DNA of 64,000 bases. Origin: the human T2T-CHM13v2.0 reference genome, Homo sapiens. Shown here in pieces: positions 29,672 through 43,044 of this stretch. The notes under the pieces were generated by a model. The model was not told the origin of the DNA, did not search any database, and saw nothing but the letters and a program-made list of their open reading frames with translations. The position numbers and the translations under genes were made by a program. The stretch lies in the NCBI RefSeq assembly GCF_009914755.1, contig NC_060932.1; one strand, given 5' to 3'. Numbering within the stretch: the first letter of the stretch is position 1; each line of letters opens with the position of its first letter.

Positions 29672-32600
29672 TTATTTGTAAAGACATGGAAGAGAAGATA
29701 TAACATTCAGAGTAATGACAAGAAAATCATTTCAAAAAACATTTTCCCTAACTGAACATATATCATAAGCATAAATAGACTCCTTTTAAAAAAATTCACA
29801 TATTAAGTTCTTTCCCCTTAGGAAACAATCTATTGTCACAAGTTACCCTTTAAAAGCAGCACTGTAAAAGTAATTAAATTCATCATTGTTTTACATATTT
29901 ACTGAATTACTTATTGATAAATTATCTCTCAAAATCTACATGATGTGATATAAAATCATTTCCTGGGGTTGTGGAAAAAATCTGTTATTTGGTCAGAGTC
30001 AAAAGGATAGAACAGAAAGATGTGGGGAAGCAGGAAGTAAGTGGGTGTCGACACCAGCAGGTCTTCCTGATGCTCAAGGGCAAGGTCTCCCCCACCACAC
30101 ACACACACACCTTCTGGGTTCTCCAGCATGGCTAAAAAACCAAGGGCTTGATTTAATGCACCATCATTACCACCCAGCCATATCTGACTGCCAATTCACC
30201 AATATTTTATGTATGCTTCGTACCAAAAACATAACTGAATGTAAATGAAGCAGAAACAAAGTTTTCTATTTCAAAACAGTATTGATAGCAGACAGTTTGT
30301 GAAATACATACATGATATTTGGTCAAGTCCCTTTGTGCTGTGAGATAACTTTTAGATTTATGCTACAGATTCTCTAAAGCAATCCACTCCCCTGATATGG
30401 TGACAGTGTTATTGTTCCCCTACCAAAGAGGCAAGCCAACAACTTCAGCACATCTGCCTTTGTTCTCTCTAGTTTTACATTTTTTTAAAAGAAGAAGTAG
30501 CATCGTTGTTTTCCTTAGAAACTACTGGTGAAGTGCCATCATCAGAATTTGCCTACCCTGCTTTGTGGAAGGTATTCATTTCTTAGTAACAGATTTTCAG
30601 AAAGAATGCAGTAATATTTTAAGGGATACCTAAAAATCATTAACATGCTTCCTAAAACAAAGGCTCCCATGAGAGAATATTTGGGGAGGCCTCTCTTATA
30701 AAGCAAATACATTTTGAAGCGGGAAAAGATGATGGAGAAAATGCAGCTTTTCCTCCTCTCAACATCACCAATCTGTTATAAACACCAGGGAAAAGGCACA
30801 TTCACATAACTCCTGGATCTTCAAATATTCTCCTAATGCATAATGAGTAGTTTAAAAATAAGCATTATAAATAGATGCATCGGATAGTCACTTTTTAAAA
30901 AAATAATTTTTCAGATGGCTTCTAAACAAGCTTTGGAAAACAACAATCGTGAGACTAATGGAAATCACTCTGCTGGATTGTTTTAATGTAGACCAAACAA
31001 TGGTGTAACTGAAGTTGTAACTGAAGTTTTCACTTTTCTGCCAGTTGTTTTGGGTTTAGAAGTCTTTGTTGATGCTAAAAATTCTGACATAAGCCTGTAT
31101 TTCCCTTCCCTCTCCATGACACCAGACAACCTAATGATTTTGCTTTTCATCACCATTACACTGCCATCGTTTCAGGAAAGGCAGTATTTCATTGCTAGCA
31201 CACAGTTTCTAAGTTTCTTACTTAGCTGTCCACATCATACCTTACCTCCTTAAAAACACACACACACACACACAAAACCTAATATAATGCCCCATACACA
31301 TAAAGCAATCGTTCTATTTCACTCTCTGCCAGACAGATCACCACTAAGATTCTGAACTCAGAATCAAATACAACATACTAAGCAAAAGATTAGAACTAGG
31401 TGCCATGGAAACAGGTCCTGTAAAGTGCCTACTATGTGTCAGTTATTTATAGACATTATAATTCATCCTTTTAAACAACTCTACAAATAGTTCTCAGAAT
31501 AGACAAACTCCCTAGTCAGTATTGTCTTCTTGTTTCCCATGCACACATTAAAACCAAAGGGGTTAGGAAGTCACCCAAAGACTCACAGTAAGGGGCAGAA
31601 ATAAGATTTAACTTGGGATGTTTTTGACTCCAAGGCCCATGACTAAAGCTTGAAGAAATAGTAATAAGTGGGACTTTCCAATAGTACAAGCTACTCCACA
31701 ACAAGGCTGCTGGGGCACAGTGCCACACACTGGGGATAGAGTGGAAAGCGAAGTCCCTGCTCTCCTACGGTCTTAGGGCTCCTAGCCTAGTGAACTTGCT
31801 GGAAATTCTCACATAGAAGTTTCATGCCCAACTGTCAGGAAAAGATGTGAAGAAAAAAATTGTTCCACTGCGTGAGATGTCAATCAAGGTTACTTCCAAG
31901 TCTTTGTCAAATCTAAGGGCTATGATTCAACAGATTCTATAGATGCAACTACTTTGTGAATGCTTGACTACACCAAAACCACTCCTGTTTCTGTACCCCT
32001 AAAATTGACACCAGCTATTCTCCATATGATTAGCTTAATCGAATGTAGCCTTCACTCCCAAGAGGCACATTCAATTATACTTGAAATCCATTAAAACTAG
32101 GCAAAAAGGTTAGAAAGGAAAGGAAGAGGATACTTTTCTTTTAGGCCCCAATAACACTGCTTTTCACCATTGTTCAAACATACCCATCTATACACTAAGG
32201 AATAAAGACTCCCTTTTCCCAATGAACCCAGTTTTTTAAAAGGTTCACTGTTGAAGAGAAGAGGATGTACATAAAATAACCACCAGGATATTCATGATTT
32301 TATCAGGTACTGTAATTGAATACTTTGATCACCAGGGACCTGATGCTAAAGACTGGTGATTTATTGTAATGTAAAATAGTTTCTGAATGAAAGCCAAAGA
32401 AACAGAGACTACTTCTGGCTTTATTGTAGCCAAACATATATCCACCAGAGAGTTAAAAAGATGAGAATGATCTCTGGCCACCAAAATTTTATCCATCCCA
32501 TTCCCACTAGCACCACCACATTTATAAATATGCTGTAGATGATGTAATACGGCATCTCTCCAACGCTTTGAATTTAAAAACATACACTGAGTTTTCTTGG

Positions 32601-35600
32601 TCTTAGAGGTTTAAGGTACTGTAACATCTGAGAACAACTATCCCATCTAAGCCACCCATCTAAAAAGGAAAAACTATGAATGATCTGTTCCCCTTTAAAT
32701 AACTAGGATTAGTTTATCTCCACCATACTCTTCATTATATGACTCCAGTCTATTAGAAAATAGCAACTTTTGTTCTCTTTTGCCCCCACACGAGTCTCTT
32801 TTTCTACCATTCTAAGTTTCCAATCTTCCTTCTGATCCTTAAAAATATATTCATCCTTTAAAAATATTCAAAAATTCCCTTTTATCCCTTAAATCTCCCT
32901 GTTCCTCCAACTCCTTCACTTGGCCATGCACTCCAGGCCTGAGCAATGCTGGGCAACTTGCTACTCTCTAGATATGAAATGATCTTCCCTCCACCAATGC
33001 CTTTGAGTTTTGGTCTTGAAGTCAGAGAATCCAGTTACCTACTATAAGACTTTCTAAAAGTGATTTAATCTCCTTGATCTTAATTATCTCCATATACAAA
33101 TGTTTTAAAATTATATCTGTATTACAGGAATAAGAATTCATAAAAATGTACATAAAGTACCTGATATAAAGTAGGAGCTAAAACTATATTCATCATCATC
33201 ATTAAAAGTAGCAGTAGCAATATTCTCTGTTGGGCTGAATGCCTTCCTCCTTTCTCCTGTGGAGTAATACCAGGAACAATATAGAACAGTTAAAAGCACC
33301 AGCTTTGGAACTATCAGTTGAATTTCAATCTAGCTTTGCATCTAACAGCATGAATCTGGAAGTTAGCCAACTTCTGTATGCCTCGGCTTCCTCATCTGTA
33401 AGTGTGGGTGAATACTCAGGTGAGAATAAAAAAAGATAAATGCTTCTAAATCATTCCACACTGTGCTAGGTCCAGGGCCCATGCTTTTATAGTCACTCTA
33501 TCACTATAGTGTCTCTTTACGACAAATCAAAGTCTTTCTTAAGATATAGATAACTGGGTCCAAATGTATCATGAACTTCACATTAAAGTTAAGCTTCCCC
33601 TTTAAAAGAAAGTTAGAAGAATCCGAAGTAAAGGGATGTATCCAAGATCAGCCATGAGGCCACACTTCAAGAGAGCCAAAATTAAATCAAGGTAACTTGG
33701 AAATAACTCAAGAAGGCAGGACCAAATTGTGATTATATGAAGAAAACTTATGTTTTGATCATTAAAAGGCAGTGTATATTTTCTGAAGAAACAGGCTAAT
33801 AGAAGGAGAATGGTTTACATGGCAATTGTGATCAATAATTCCAGGAGAAAATGTGGCCATCTTTTTCTGACATTTTTTAGGGGAGGCTGGCCCATAAAAA
33901 TGAGAAAACCATCTTCCTTCGTCATAAATTTCAGTGTGGATCTATCTATCAGACCATTGGAGCTCGGTGACATTAGCTATCAAGATCATGCCACTAACCC
34001 ATCATACCATGATTCCATGCTTATCAAGCAACTTCTGGTTATACCTTGAAGGTTCCAGTCGTACAGAAGACTTCTACATCTGCAGAAGATGTCAGACCAT
34101 TCAGAAGAAACAAATATTTCGTCCATTTGATTAGTTATATTTTTCACCATAAAATAAGTGGGCTGTTTTAATAAAGCAAGTTCACCCACAAAGGACAGTA
34201 CTGCCTGCTGGACTAGGAGCCAGCCTGTGTGTTACAAATAATTCACGCTGCAACGCGCAGGGAAGGCAGCAGCCTTGGTGAGCTGCAGGCCCTCCCCAGC
34301 AGCACCTAAGCTCATCTCACAACTTTTCTCAAACTGTTACAGTAAGCACAGCTTGTCTTTGCTTGGCACAAACTCAATCTTCCTTTTAGTTTTGTTTCCT
34401 ACTATATTATGCAGGGACTTCAAAAACTCAGTTTACCATCCCTCTCCCACTCTTTATGAGTCCTTCATCTCTTCTACTTCAACAAGACTTACCTTCATTC
34501 CATATTGGTTATTAAAATGTTCAGCTGCACCCATGCCTGGAATTGCATTACCTCCTTGAAATATCACCTTTGACCTCATTCATTCACTTAGTTGCTATTA
34601 CCCCTCATCAGAACAAGCCATCTTTCCAAATCCCTATCTATTCTCCGACTCCTGCTTCACAGCCTCCCTTGCCTAGCCTGAAACCCAGAGCCAGCCACGT
34701 CTAGCTCCCATCCTAGGATGCTGTGTGGTCTCATTTCTCCTAGCATCTCTTTTTGCCAAATTTTAATCTCAGGATGGGCAATCTCTCATTGTTCACTGTT
34801 CTGCTGCTGTTCCAGATGGATGAGTATAGCAGAACAGGTGCCATACATGCTGGCCAAGTCCACTTCATTGTATTCTGTCTTTATTCTTTTGAGTCACCCT
34901 GTTGCTTGCCAGACCCCCTTTTCCACCTCTTGACAACTGTCTGAAACTGTTTCCACTGAGTTTTTTCCACGTTCCTTACGCTCCCGAGACATACCTCATC
35001 CCTCACCATCTTTGGCCCTTCCACACCAACTATTTCCCTTCCACACCAACTATTTTCTAAAGAATGTTGATGCTGCATTAAATCCTTCATCTTCCTGCAA
35101 CATTTCCCAGTTTTCCATGGATTAATTTCAATGAAAGTTTCCTTTCCTTGAGCAGGGTTTAACCTATTTTACCAAGAAGACTTTCCCAATTGCCCAGTTC
35201 AAACTCTTCTTAATCCTAACTTTCCTCCATGGTATAGAATGAGCCTCATTCCTTGATACTTCTTTTTATCATTGTTCAATATAACATAGCAATAGTTCTC
35301 TTCTCCCCCATGTATTGCTTTTTCTCCAGGTTTTCTTCCTTTGACTACTCTGTGGTTCTAAAATTTCATCTCCTTCTTGTCTGCATTTTCTCTCACAATC
35401 ATTTCTGTCCTGGCCACACTCTATAATTTCCACCACTCTAATATTTTACAAGTGTCTTCTTTCTAATTTCACAGCCACTATCCTAATTACCTTCTGCCTC
35501 TTCTCTTATGAAAGTTAGCAAATTGGACTTTCAGCCTCTACTCTCCCTGCTTTGGAAACAAATATTTATATTTTCATAATTTAGATGTGCGTGAGTCGCT

Positions 35601-37549
35601 CCTGGCTGTAGGGTCTTCAGCAGGTTCTTCACTGTCTTCTGAATTAAGTTCCCAATCTCTAATCATGTATTTAAGGTCCCCCCATACTCTGACACAGAAT
35701 TTTTCTTATTTTCTTTGCTTTACTTTTCATTTCATTTCTTTCATACACTTTTTATTTGCATGACAAATAGTAATTTGCAAGAATACAAGAGTACTGAAAA
35801 AATACACAATCTCATCTAGTTGTCCCAACTTTCCTGTGTGGCACTATTATCCCCATTTATAGATAAAGAACCATATATCCATAAGTTGGACATCATTTAA
35901 ACCAACTGGCATCCTAAGATGTTTAATGCTTCCTCAAGTCTACAGCTTTGTAGTACCCTTCCCTCTGACATTGAATATTCTACAAATTTTACACGTGACT
36001 AAATCCCACAGTTTCTTCAAGGTTCAACTAAAATCCCACCTGTTTCCTTAAGTCTTCTGTGATCTAGTACTCAGGGGTGGTTTCTTATTCCTTGAACTAT
36101 GTCTGTGTTTGTGACTCCTTTAGAATATATGTTCTCTTCTACCTCATTTTATATTGGAAAGTCTTATGCATTTCAATATATAATAAACTGCTTCATGACC
36201 TAAAATGATCCTCTAAGACCAAAAAAACTCAGCTACATTTTTTTTTAATTTACATGATTGTATCTCTACAGGACTTAGCCCAACGTTTGGCTTGCGTTGA
36301 AATTCAATATTTATTGAGGGAATGGATAAAGATAAACTGACTTAAAAGACAGGTTACAACTGACTTCATACTACTAGACACATTGCACAGGACAATTCAA
36401 AACACTGTTTATGCTAAAAACAAGATGACAGTTTATTCCCTCCAAATCATCACTCAGTCTACTGATATGCAGGCTTTGCAAAGTGTCTCATTTACAGGAC
36501 ATGTGTCAGTTATGTTATTTTGAAAAGTGTACTATTTGGAGAAGACACATTAGCATAAACTATCAATTACTGAAATTTTTGTATGTTTAGAGAGGATCCC
36601 GCCCGAATCAGTAAAAAGAAAGGTAAATAAATTACCATGAATTTGTAATAATTCATGGGACATGACCCACAAAAGTAAATGTTGGGTATTGCTGCAAATA
36701 AGCCTTAAAAGGACCCTTTATAAAGCAACACAATTATGCTGTAGAGGATCACAAAAGCACAACCATGTAACGTTATGTTACGGGTTGGATTCAATGACAG
36801 TATCACTCACAGATTTCATGAGTCTCTTTCTCAAACCATGAGGCAGAAATAGAAATGTGTTTTTAGAAACTGTGTCAAATGATTTAAAAAGGGGCAGCAA
36901 GGGAGATGTGAAGAGAATAAAATTGTTGCATAAAGTACGAAAGTGGAAAAAAGCAACATTGCTAAATTTATATATTTGACATCTCACTCTAAATGCATGA
37001 TTGACTCAATATTACAAGTACCCATTTGATTATTTCTGCTTCACCTAAAAGTGCATATATCCATGAACTCAATGTGTTTTCTTTAGTTAATTCCCATTTA
37101 GAAAACAAGACATTCCTTTATGTTTGGATTGGCTATATAGCATATGATCATTATCTCTCCAAAAAGTAAAGTTAAGGTCATCTTCTTTATCTTAAAGGAG
37201 GGCAGGAAAAAACATTAGCTCTTCAATGGTACACCTGGTACAATCTTATGAAAACCAAATAAACACATCCAGACTAAACTTGAATTTAAGAGTATACATG
37301 GCCAAAAAGAAACATTAGTCTATTTCAAAACCTGCTATTCATGGAAAGTACAGCATATATCAATAGCAGCATGTGCAATTACTTATGGGTTGGTCTAGAC
37401 TAATTTAAATTTTTTGTAAAAGAAATAATATATGGTAAATCACGACTGCTCCTTTGTAATGTCTTTTACAACTCCATGTTCCTTTTTGTTTTGCAACTCA
37501 TTCTTCCACACTAGCTCAGTTTCCTAACATATGCAATCTGAGAAGATTA

Positions 37550-38000
37550 CATGAGCCTCCATACTAATGCTCATCTCTCCCCCAATCCAATCTATCCTTG
37601 CAACTGCTGCCAGACTAACACCTAAAACACTTCCACCATATCAGCCCCTTGCTCAAAATATTCAGTGGCTTCTCTACCGACTCCAGGATGAAGTCCAAAT
37701 TCCTTAGCTTACTATTCAGGGTCCTCCACAGTTTGGCTCCAACTGATCCTTCCAACCTTATCTACTATCAATTCCTTCTTCAGCTAAACTGGTCTCCTCA
37801 CAGTCTCCCAAACTATCCTACCTTTGTTTGTATTGTTTCTTCATTTAGAATGCATTCCATCTCTTCTCCACCTATTCAAATTCTACCCATTTCCCAATAC
37901 TCAGCTCAGATTCCATCTCCTCCTTGAAGCTGGGCCAGACCTTAGCAAGCTGAAGAGCTCTTTCTTCTGTACTCTGAGAGCACTTTTGTTCAGATCTGTG
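37550..38000 (+). mobile_element. L2 fragment
   Basis: CCTTGCTCAAAATATTCAGTGGCTTCTCTACCG ... AAGTCCAAATTCCTTAGC resembles L2 internal sequence. Confidence 0.6.
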
Positions 38001-38358
38001 GCTTCTAACCTTCTTGAGAATGAAGCCCTCTAACACCAAAACATTTCAGAACCCAAAGTGTATGACAAAAACCTACTATGAATTTGTAGATAAAAAATGT
38101 GTATTTTAATAAACATAACAGAATGTCCATATGTGAAAGAGTTAAATATATATGTGGCCTGTTAATTTCCTCACCCTACAGACAAACCTTTTGAATTTGC
38201 GGACCTTTGGTACTTGCTCTCCAACTACTGAGGAAGTGTAAGCCACAGACTGAAAATCCTAGTCTCCATAATTTATTTGGTATATTACCTTTTAGTTTTT
38301 GCTAAATGTTTAAAAAGTCTTATCTGCCTTAACCAGCCTGTGAGCTCCTTAAGACAGG

Positions 38359-39244
38359 TGTCATAGTCATCACAAAATAGAGAGATAAATATCTAAATTA
38401 AATATTTTGTTTGAAAATCACAGAATTGCAATTCAGAACATATACACAGAGCAGGATGGTCTTCAGTATGTCCTAAGAACAAAGAGAAGGAGGTTTTATT
38501 AGAAAATGTTACATTTTGTTTTGAAAAGCTCATTGGCACTAGAGAAGCTTTGGGAGGCTGCCAACCTCTGACTGGTGACTGGTGGCAGTAGGTAAAATTA
38601 GTCATGGAGTCATGGCAGGTTGTCTCACTAGTTACTAGGTAAACTGGTTTGAAGGTTACAGCAGGCCATTTCAGCAGCTGGGCTTGAAGAAAATTCAGTT
38701 TTTGGAGCTGGTGCTATATTCCCCAAGTGCTTTCTCCCCCTTCTCCTTCAACTGATTTAGTTGGTGCTATGGTTTGAGTATGTATTCCCTCCAAAACAAA
38801 TTTTGAAACTTAATCCCCGATGTGTCAGTATTGAAAGATGGGAACTTTAAAAGGTAATTGGATCACAAGCGCTCCACCCTCACGAATGTATTAATCCATT
38901 CATGGACTAATGGGTTCATGGATTAATGGTTTATCAGGAGAGGGAAACTGGCGGCTTTATGAGAAGAGGAAGAGGAACCTGAACTAGCATGTTAACATGC
39001 TCCATGGCCTCCCCATGTGACACTCTGTGCCACCTTGGAACTCTATAGAGAGTCCCCACTAGCAAGAAGATCCTCACCAGATACAGGCCCTTGACCTTGG
39101 ACTTAGCCTTCATAACTGTAAGAAATAAATTCCTTTTCTTTATAAATTATCTTGTTTCAAGTATTCTGTCATAAGCAACAGAAAATAAACTAGTACAGTT
39201 GGATATAACTAAAATGACCCAATTGGCATAAATCAACTTTCACA
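38359..39244 (-). mobile_element. MER67-like ERV1 solo LTR, split by an MST insertion
   Basis: Reverse strand begins TGTGAAAGTTGATT..AATTGGGTCATT; contains CAGCTGCTGAAATGGCCTGCTGTAACC and AGCTTCTCTAGTGCCAATGAGC (family from recall). Confidence 0.7.
38765..39197 (+). mobile_element. MSTB-like (ERVL-MaLR) solo LTR
   Basis: TGCTATGGTTTG ... AAACTAGTACA; AATAAA; 5-bp TSD GTTGG on both sides. Confidence 0.88.
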
Positions 39245-39854
39245 CAAGGGCAGTACCATATACCTCTTCATATTTCTTCTAGAATCTGGCAGAGTTTATT
39301 TGTATACAGTAAAAACTAAATAAATATTAGATTCCTTTTTTCTCCAATATTATGCTATAAAATTTATCATACAGACAGGAAAGTTGGAAGAATTACACAG
39401 TGAACACCTATAAACCTATCATCTGGACTCTACAATTAGCATGTTACTATATTTGCTTTTCTGTGTCTATCCTTCAAAAAACCATCTTATTTTTAATATA
39501 TTTTAAAGTAAGTTGCAGATATAATACACTTCCCCTAAACACTTCAGCATTCATATCATTAACTAGAGTTCATATTTATTTTTGACTTTTTATAAAGTAA
39601 AATTTTTATATAATTAAATGTACAAATCTTAAATGTGCCATTCGATGACTTTCAACAGATACATATTATATTCAGAAAACAAAGTGAGATTGAAATATTT
39701 TTAGCTTATTATAATAATGGAAGCATGGCACAACAGTATGAAAAGATTGTACCAATAAAAAAAATGCAGACAGCAATACAACGTTCTCAATTTATGACAC
39801 AGGCAATATTAAAGTAGACTTTTAGAATGGAAGAGTAATAATTTTAACTGTAGT

Positions 39855-40030
39855 TTATATTTATTGAGGACCTACTATATGCCATACATTTTGCTAAGCA
39901 CTTTACAAGCAGTACATTGTTTGCTCCTCATGGCAACTTTATGAGATATTTATTATTATTGTGTAATTCATAGATGAGGAAACTGCAGCTTCAAATGCTA
40001 AATACATAGTCCATGATCACACAGTTTCAC
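39855..40030 (-). mobile_element. MIR fragment
   Basis: TTTATTGAGGACCTACTATATGCCA ... AGATGAGGAAACTGCAGCT. Confidence 0.75.
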
Positions 40031-40727
40031 GTTTCTTTAATTGCCATATCTTTTGTAAATCAGCCAAAAAGCCCAGTGTTTTATGAATATGGTTTTATCA
40101 TCCTTAATCATTCCTTTGATATAGATCTGGACAATCAGTGAATGGCACGGCAATAAGAAGGTTTAAGAATACCAGGGCACTGAATAAAAGTATATCAGTG
40201 TATGTTGCAAATTAGCGGGTGGTAAAATAAACTAGTGCATGAAGATTGGAAGCAGATGAGCTGGCTCAGACTCACAACCTCAATCATATCAATGTGGGAA
40301 AATGGCTTACTTGCCTAAAAGGCAATCAATCTACTAAATGTACATCTCAGATCATATGTTTTTCTCATCCTTCACCAACTCACAGGAGCACCCAGACATA
40401 AACCCTAACCACATTGAGTATTAATGGAAATAGTAATTACTAAGTACCTCAAGTACTCCAAATACCTGCAAAGGCTGTGCTTGATATGCAGGATCCCAAA
40501 GGAGGAGAATATATCTTTTCCTCACCTGGAGACATTACAGTAGCCAGTCCCAGAAGATATGTTTCTTTTTAAAAATATAACATTATTTAATAATAGCTGC
40601 TATGTTTTGAGCATGTAGTAGATACCAGTAAGTGCACTTAATATTTTGGATAGACTGTCATAGCACCTGTGATGAAGGGGCAATGCCATTCTACAGCAAA
40701 GAAGGCAGAGGCTCAGAAATAACAGAT

Positions 40728-40960
40728 AATAATAGCCAGTGGACATTGAGCATTTTCGAGGAGTCAGACTCTGTTCTAAGCACTTTACCAACTCATCTAA
40801 CAGTTGTAGCAACACTACAGGCATGTAGTATTATCATCTTCATTTTACAGACCAGGAAGCAGAGGCATAGAGCAGTTAAGTAAGTATTCATCATCATACT
40901 TGGTAACTAGTAAGTGGCAGAGCTTCAAACAGAGGCAGGCAGGCTTCAGGACTCTTGGCT
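40728..40960 (-). mobile_element. MIR fragment
   Basis: CTGTTCTAAGCACTTTAC ... CATTTTACAGACCAGGAAGCAGAGGC ... AGTAAGTGGCAGAGC. Confidence 0.75.
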
Positions 40961-41434
40961 CCCTGCTCTGTTCTCAAAATGCATATGTTAGTTGCTGTGA
41001 ATAAACAGCAGAATTGTGATTGTGTTTTTTTTAGTTTAGGTAAGTCCGACTACAAAACTGCTCTCACAAGCATGCAATTCTTCCTATATTTCTAATATTA
41101 CTCATTTTCCACATCACTGTCTTTAAGGCAAGTATCAGATTTGTTCAGAAAAAGATAATAATATGTAAATAAGCGCATGATTTCAGATAAAATGCCTTCA
41201 TTTCTTCTCACCTGGGGTCCCTTCTTAGTGCCCACTACCCCTTGAATACAGTTTCAAAATACTCCCTAAGTGCATTTCTAAAACACAAACCCAATCATAT
41301 CACTTTCCAACTTACAAGCCTTCAGCTTCCACAGCTCCTGTACAGTTGAATCTAAATTCTTGAACTTCATATCTGGAGCCCTTCATCATCATCTTTGGTG
41401 TCTAAACCCCATCTCTGTGCATGCTCCTCATCTT

Positions 41435-41492
41435 ACACATACACACAAACACACACACACACGTGCACACGTGCGCGCACACACACACACAC
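41435..41492. repeat. Imperfect (CA)n with a GC core
   Basis: ACACACACACACACGTGCACACGTGCGCGCACACACACACAC. Confidence 0.9.
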
Positions 41493-42772
41493 TCACTCTT
41501 CTGCCATTCGGAATGTCTTCGTCACAGCTATAAAGCTCAAGCTCTCTCTTTCTTCCTGGCATGGCACTCAATATTCTCCTACCTCTTCTTCAGGACTCAG
41601 GTTAAGCATCACCAGCATGCGTCCCCACAATCCACAATCACTTCAGTCATGATTAGATGTCCTCCTCCTCTGTAGAATATAGTCCTTATCTTAAAGTATG
41701 GTGGTAAATCACATTTAATAGTGAACTTCTCTTTGGCCAGAATGGAGTTTGGTATATTTCTAGATAGAATCACTTAATAAACAGCTCTCAAATTAGCAAT
41801 GTAATTGTGGATATACAGTATAGATATACTACATGTATACACACATACACACACACACATACACACTTTTATTTTTTTACTGCAGTGAATATATATATAT
41901 ATATATATATATCTATATATATCCTTCTCCCTGCAGTTTTCCCCACCTTCAAAATGTTTACTTCCAATTATTCCTTTACCATCTTACCATCTACACACTA
42001 ACCCTAAGTGTACTAACTTCCTTATCCTTATATCATTCAGTTGTTTCTTGGACTATGTGGAAGTTGCTTTATCACTATTAATATACTAACAGTTGAAGTT
42101 TCTATTTATGAAGCAGTTATTTACTATGGGTCAAAAGCAAGTCAGTCACTATAGATCAAATTCAAAACAGGCAACAATGTTGACTGTGGATGTTTTGTGG
42201 ATGGACAGCCCATAGCAACTATATGAACTGTCTGAAATGATCAATTTCAAAAATTTGAAAAACAGGCTCTAGATACTTATTGAATCTGTTAATGCATTGT
42301 AAACTTAATGAATGCTCTTATAATCATTCATGTATATTATATACTTAGTAACATGAGGCATTTATTTAACAATTTTTTTTATTTGGCTTTATTGCCAATC
42401 CTCCCATTAGATGCTAAGGACACTAGAGTGAACACTTGTGTCCCTGCTTCGAGAAACTTAGAAACTCTTCTAGGTGAAACACACATATAAATGAATGTTG
42501 TATATCTTTCATCTTGGCCACAATCTTAGATAAGGTAACATAAACACTTCTTAGGGAAGATAAACTATTTCAGCAAGAACTCAGCTTTTTGGCTAGTGAC
42601 CTAAGCACTGCTACTGGGGAGTCCATGTTTTAAAGTGTAAAGAATGTGGCTTTGAAATCAGCCTGAAAGGCCTTTGTATCTCTTCTGCAACACAGTAACA
42701 CATTGTATTCACAGACTGGTCACTTAAACCCTCTAAAATGAGGTGCCTAAAAGTTACCCTAAAGATTGTTTT

Positions 42773-43044
42773 ATTTATTTATTTATTTATTTATTTTGAG
42801 ATAGAGTCTCACTCTGTTGCCCAGGCTGGAGTGCAGTGGCACGAATGTGGCTCACTGCAAGCTCTGCCTCCCGGGTTCACACCATTCTCCTGCCTCAGCC
42901 TCCTGAGTAGCTGGAACTACAGGCACACACTGCCTCGCCTGGATAATTTTTTGTATTTTTAGTAGAGACGGGGTTTCACCTTGTTATCCAGGATAGTCTC
43001 GATCTCCTGACCTTGTGCTCTGCCCGCCTCAGCCTCCCAAAGTG
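42773..43044 (-). mobile_element. AluY-like, 5'-truncated, inserted in a MIR
   Basis: GCAAGCTCTGCCTCCCGGGTTCACACCATTCTCC; exact 15-bp TSD CCTAAAGATTGTTTT at 42758-42772 and 43045-43059. Confidence 0.95.
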
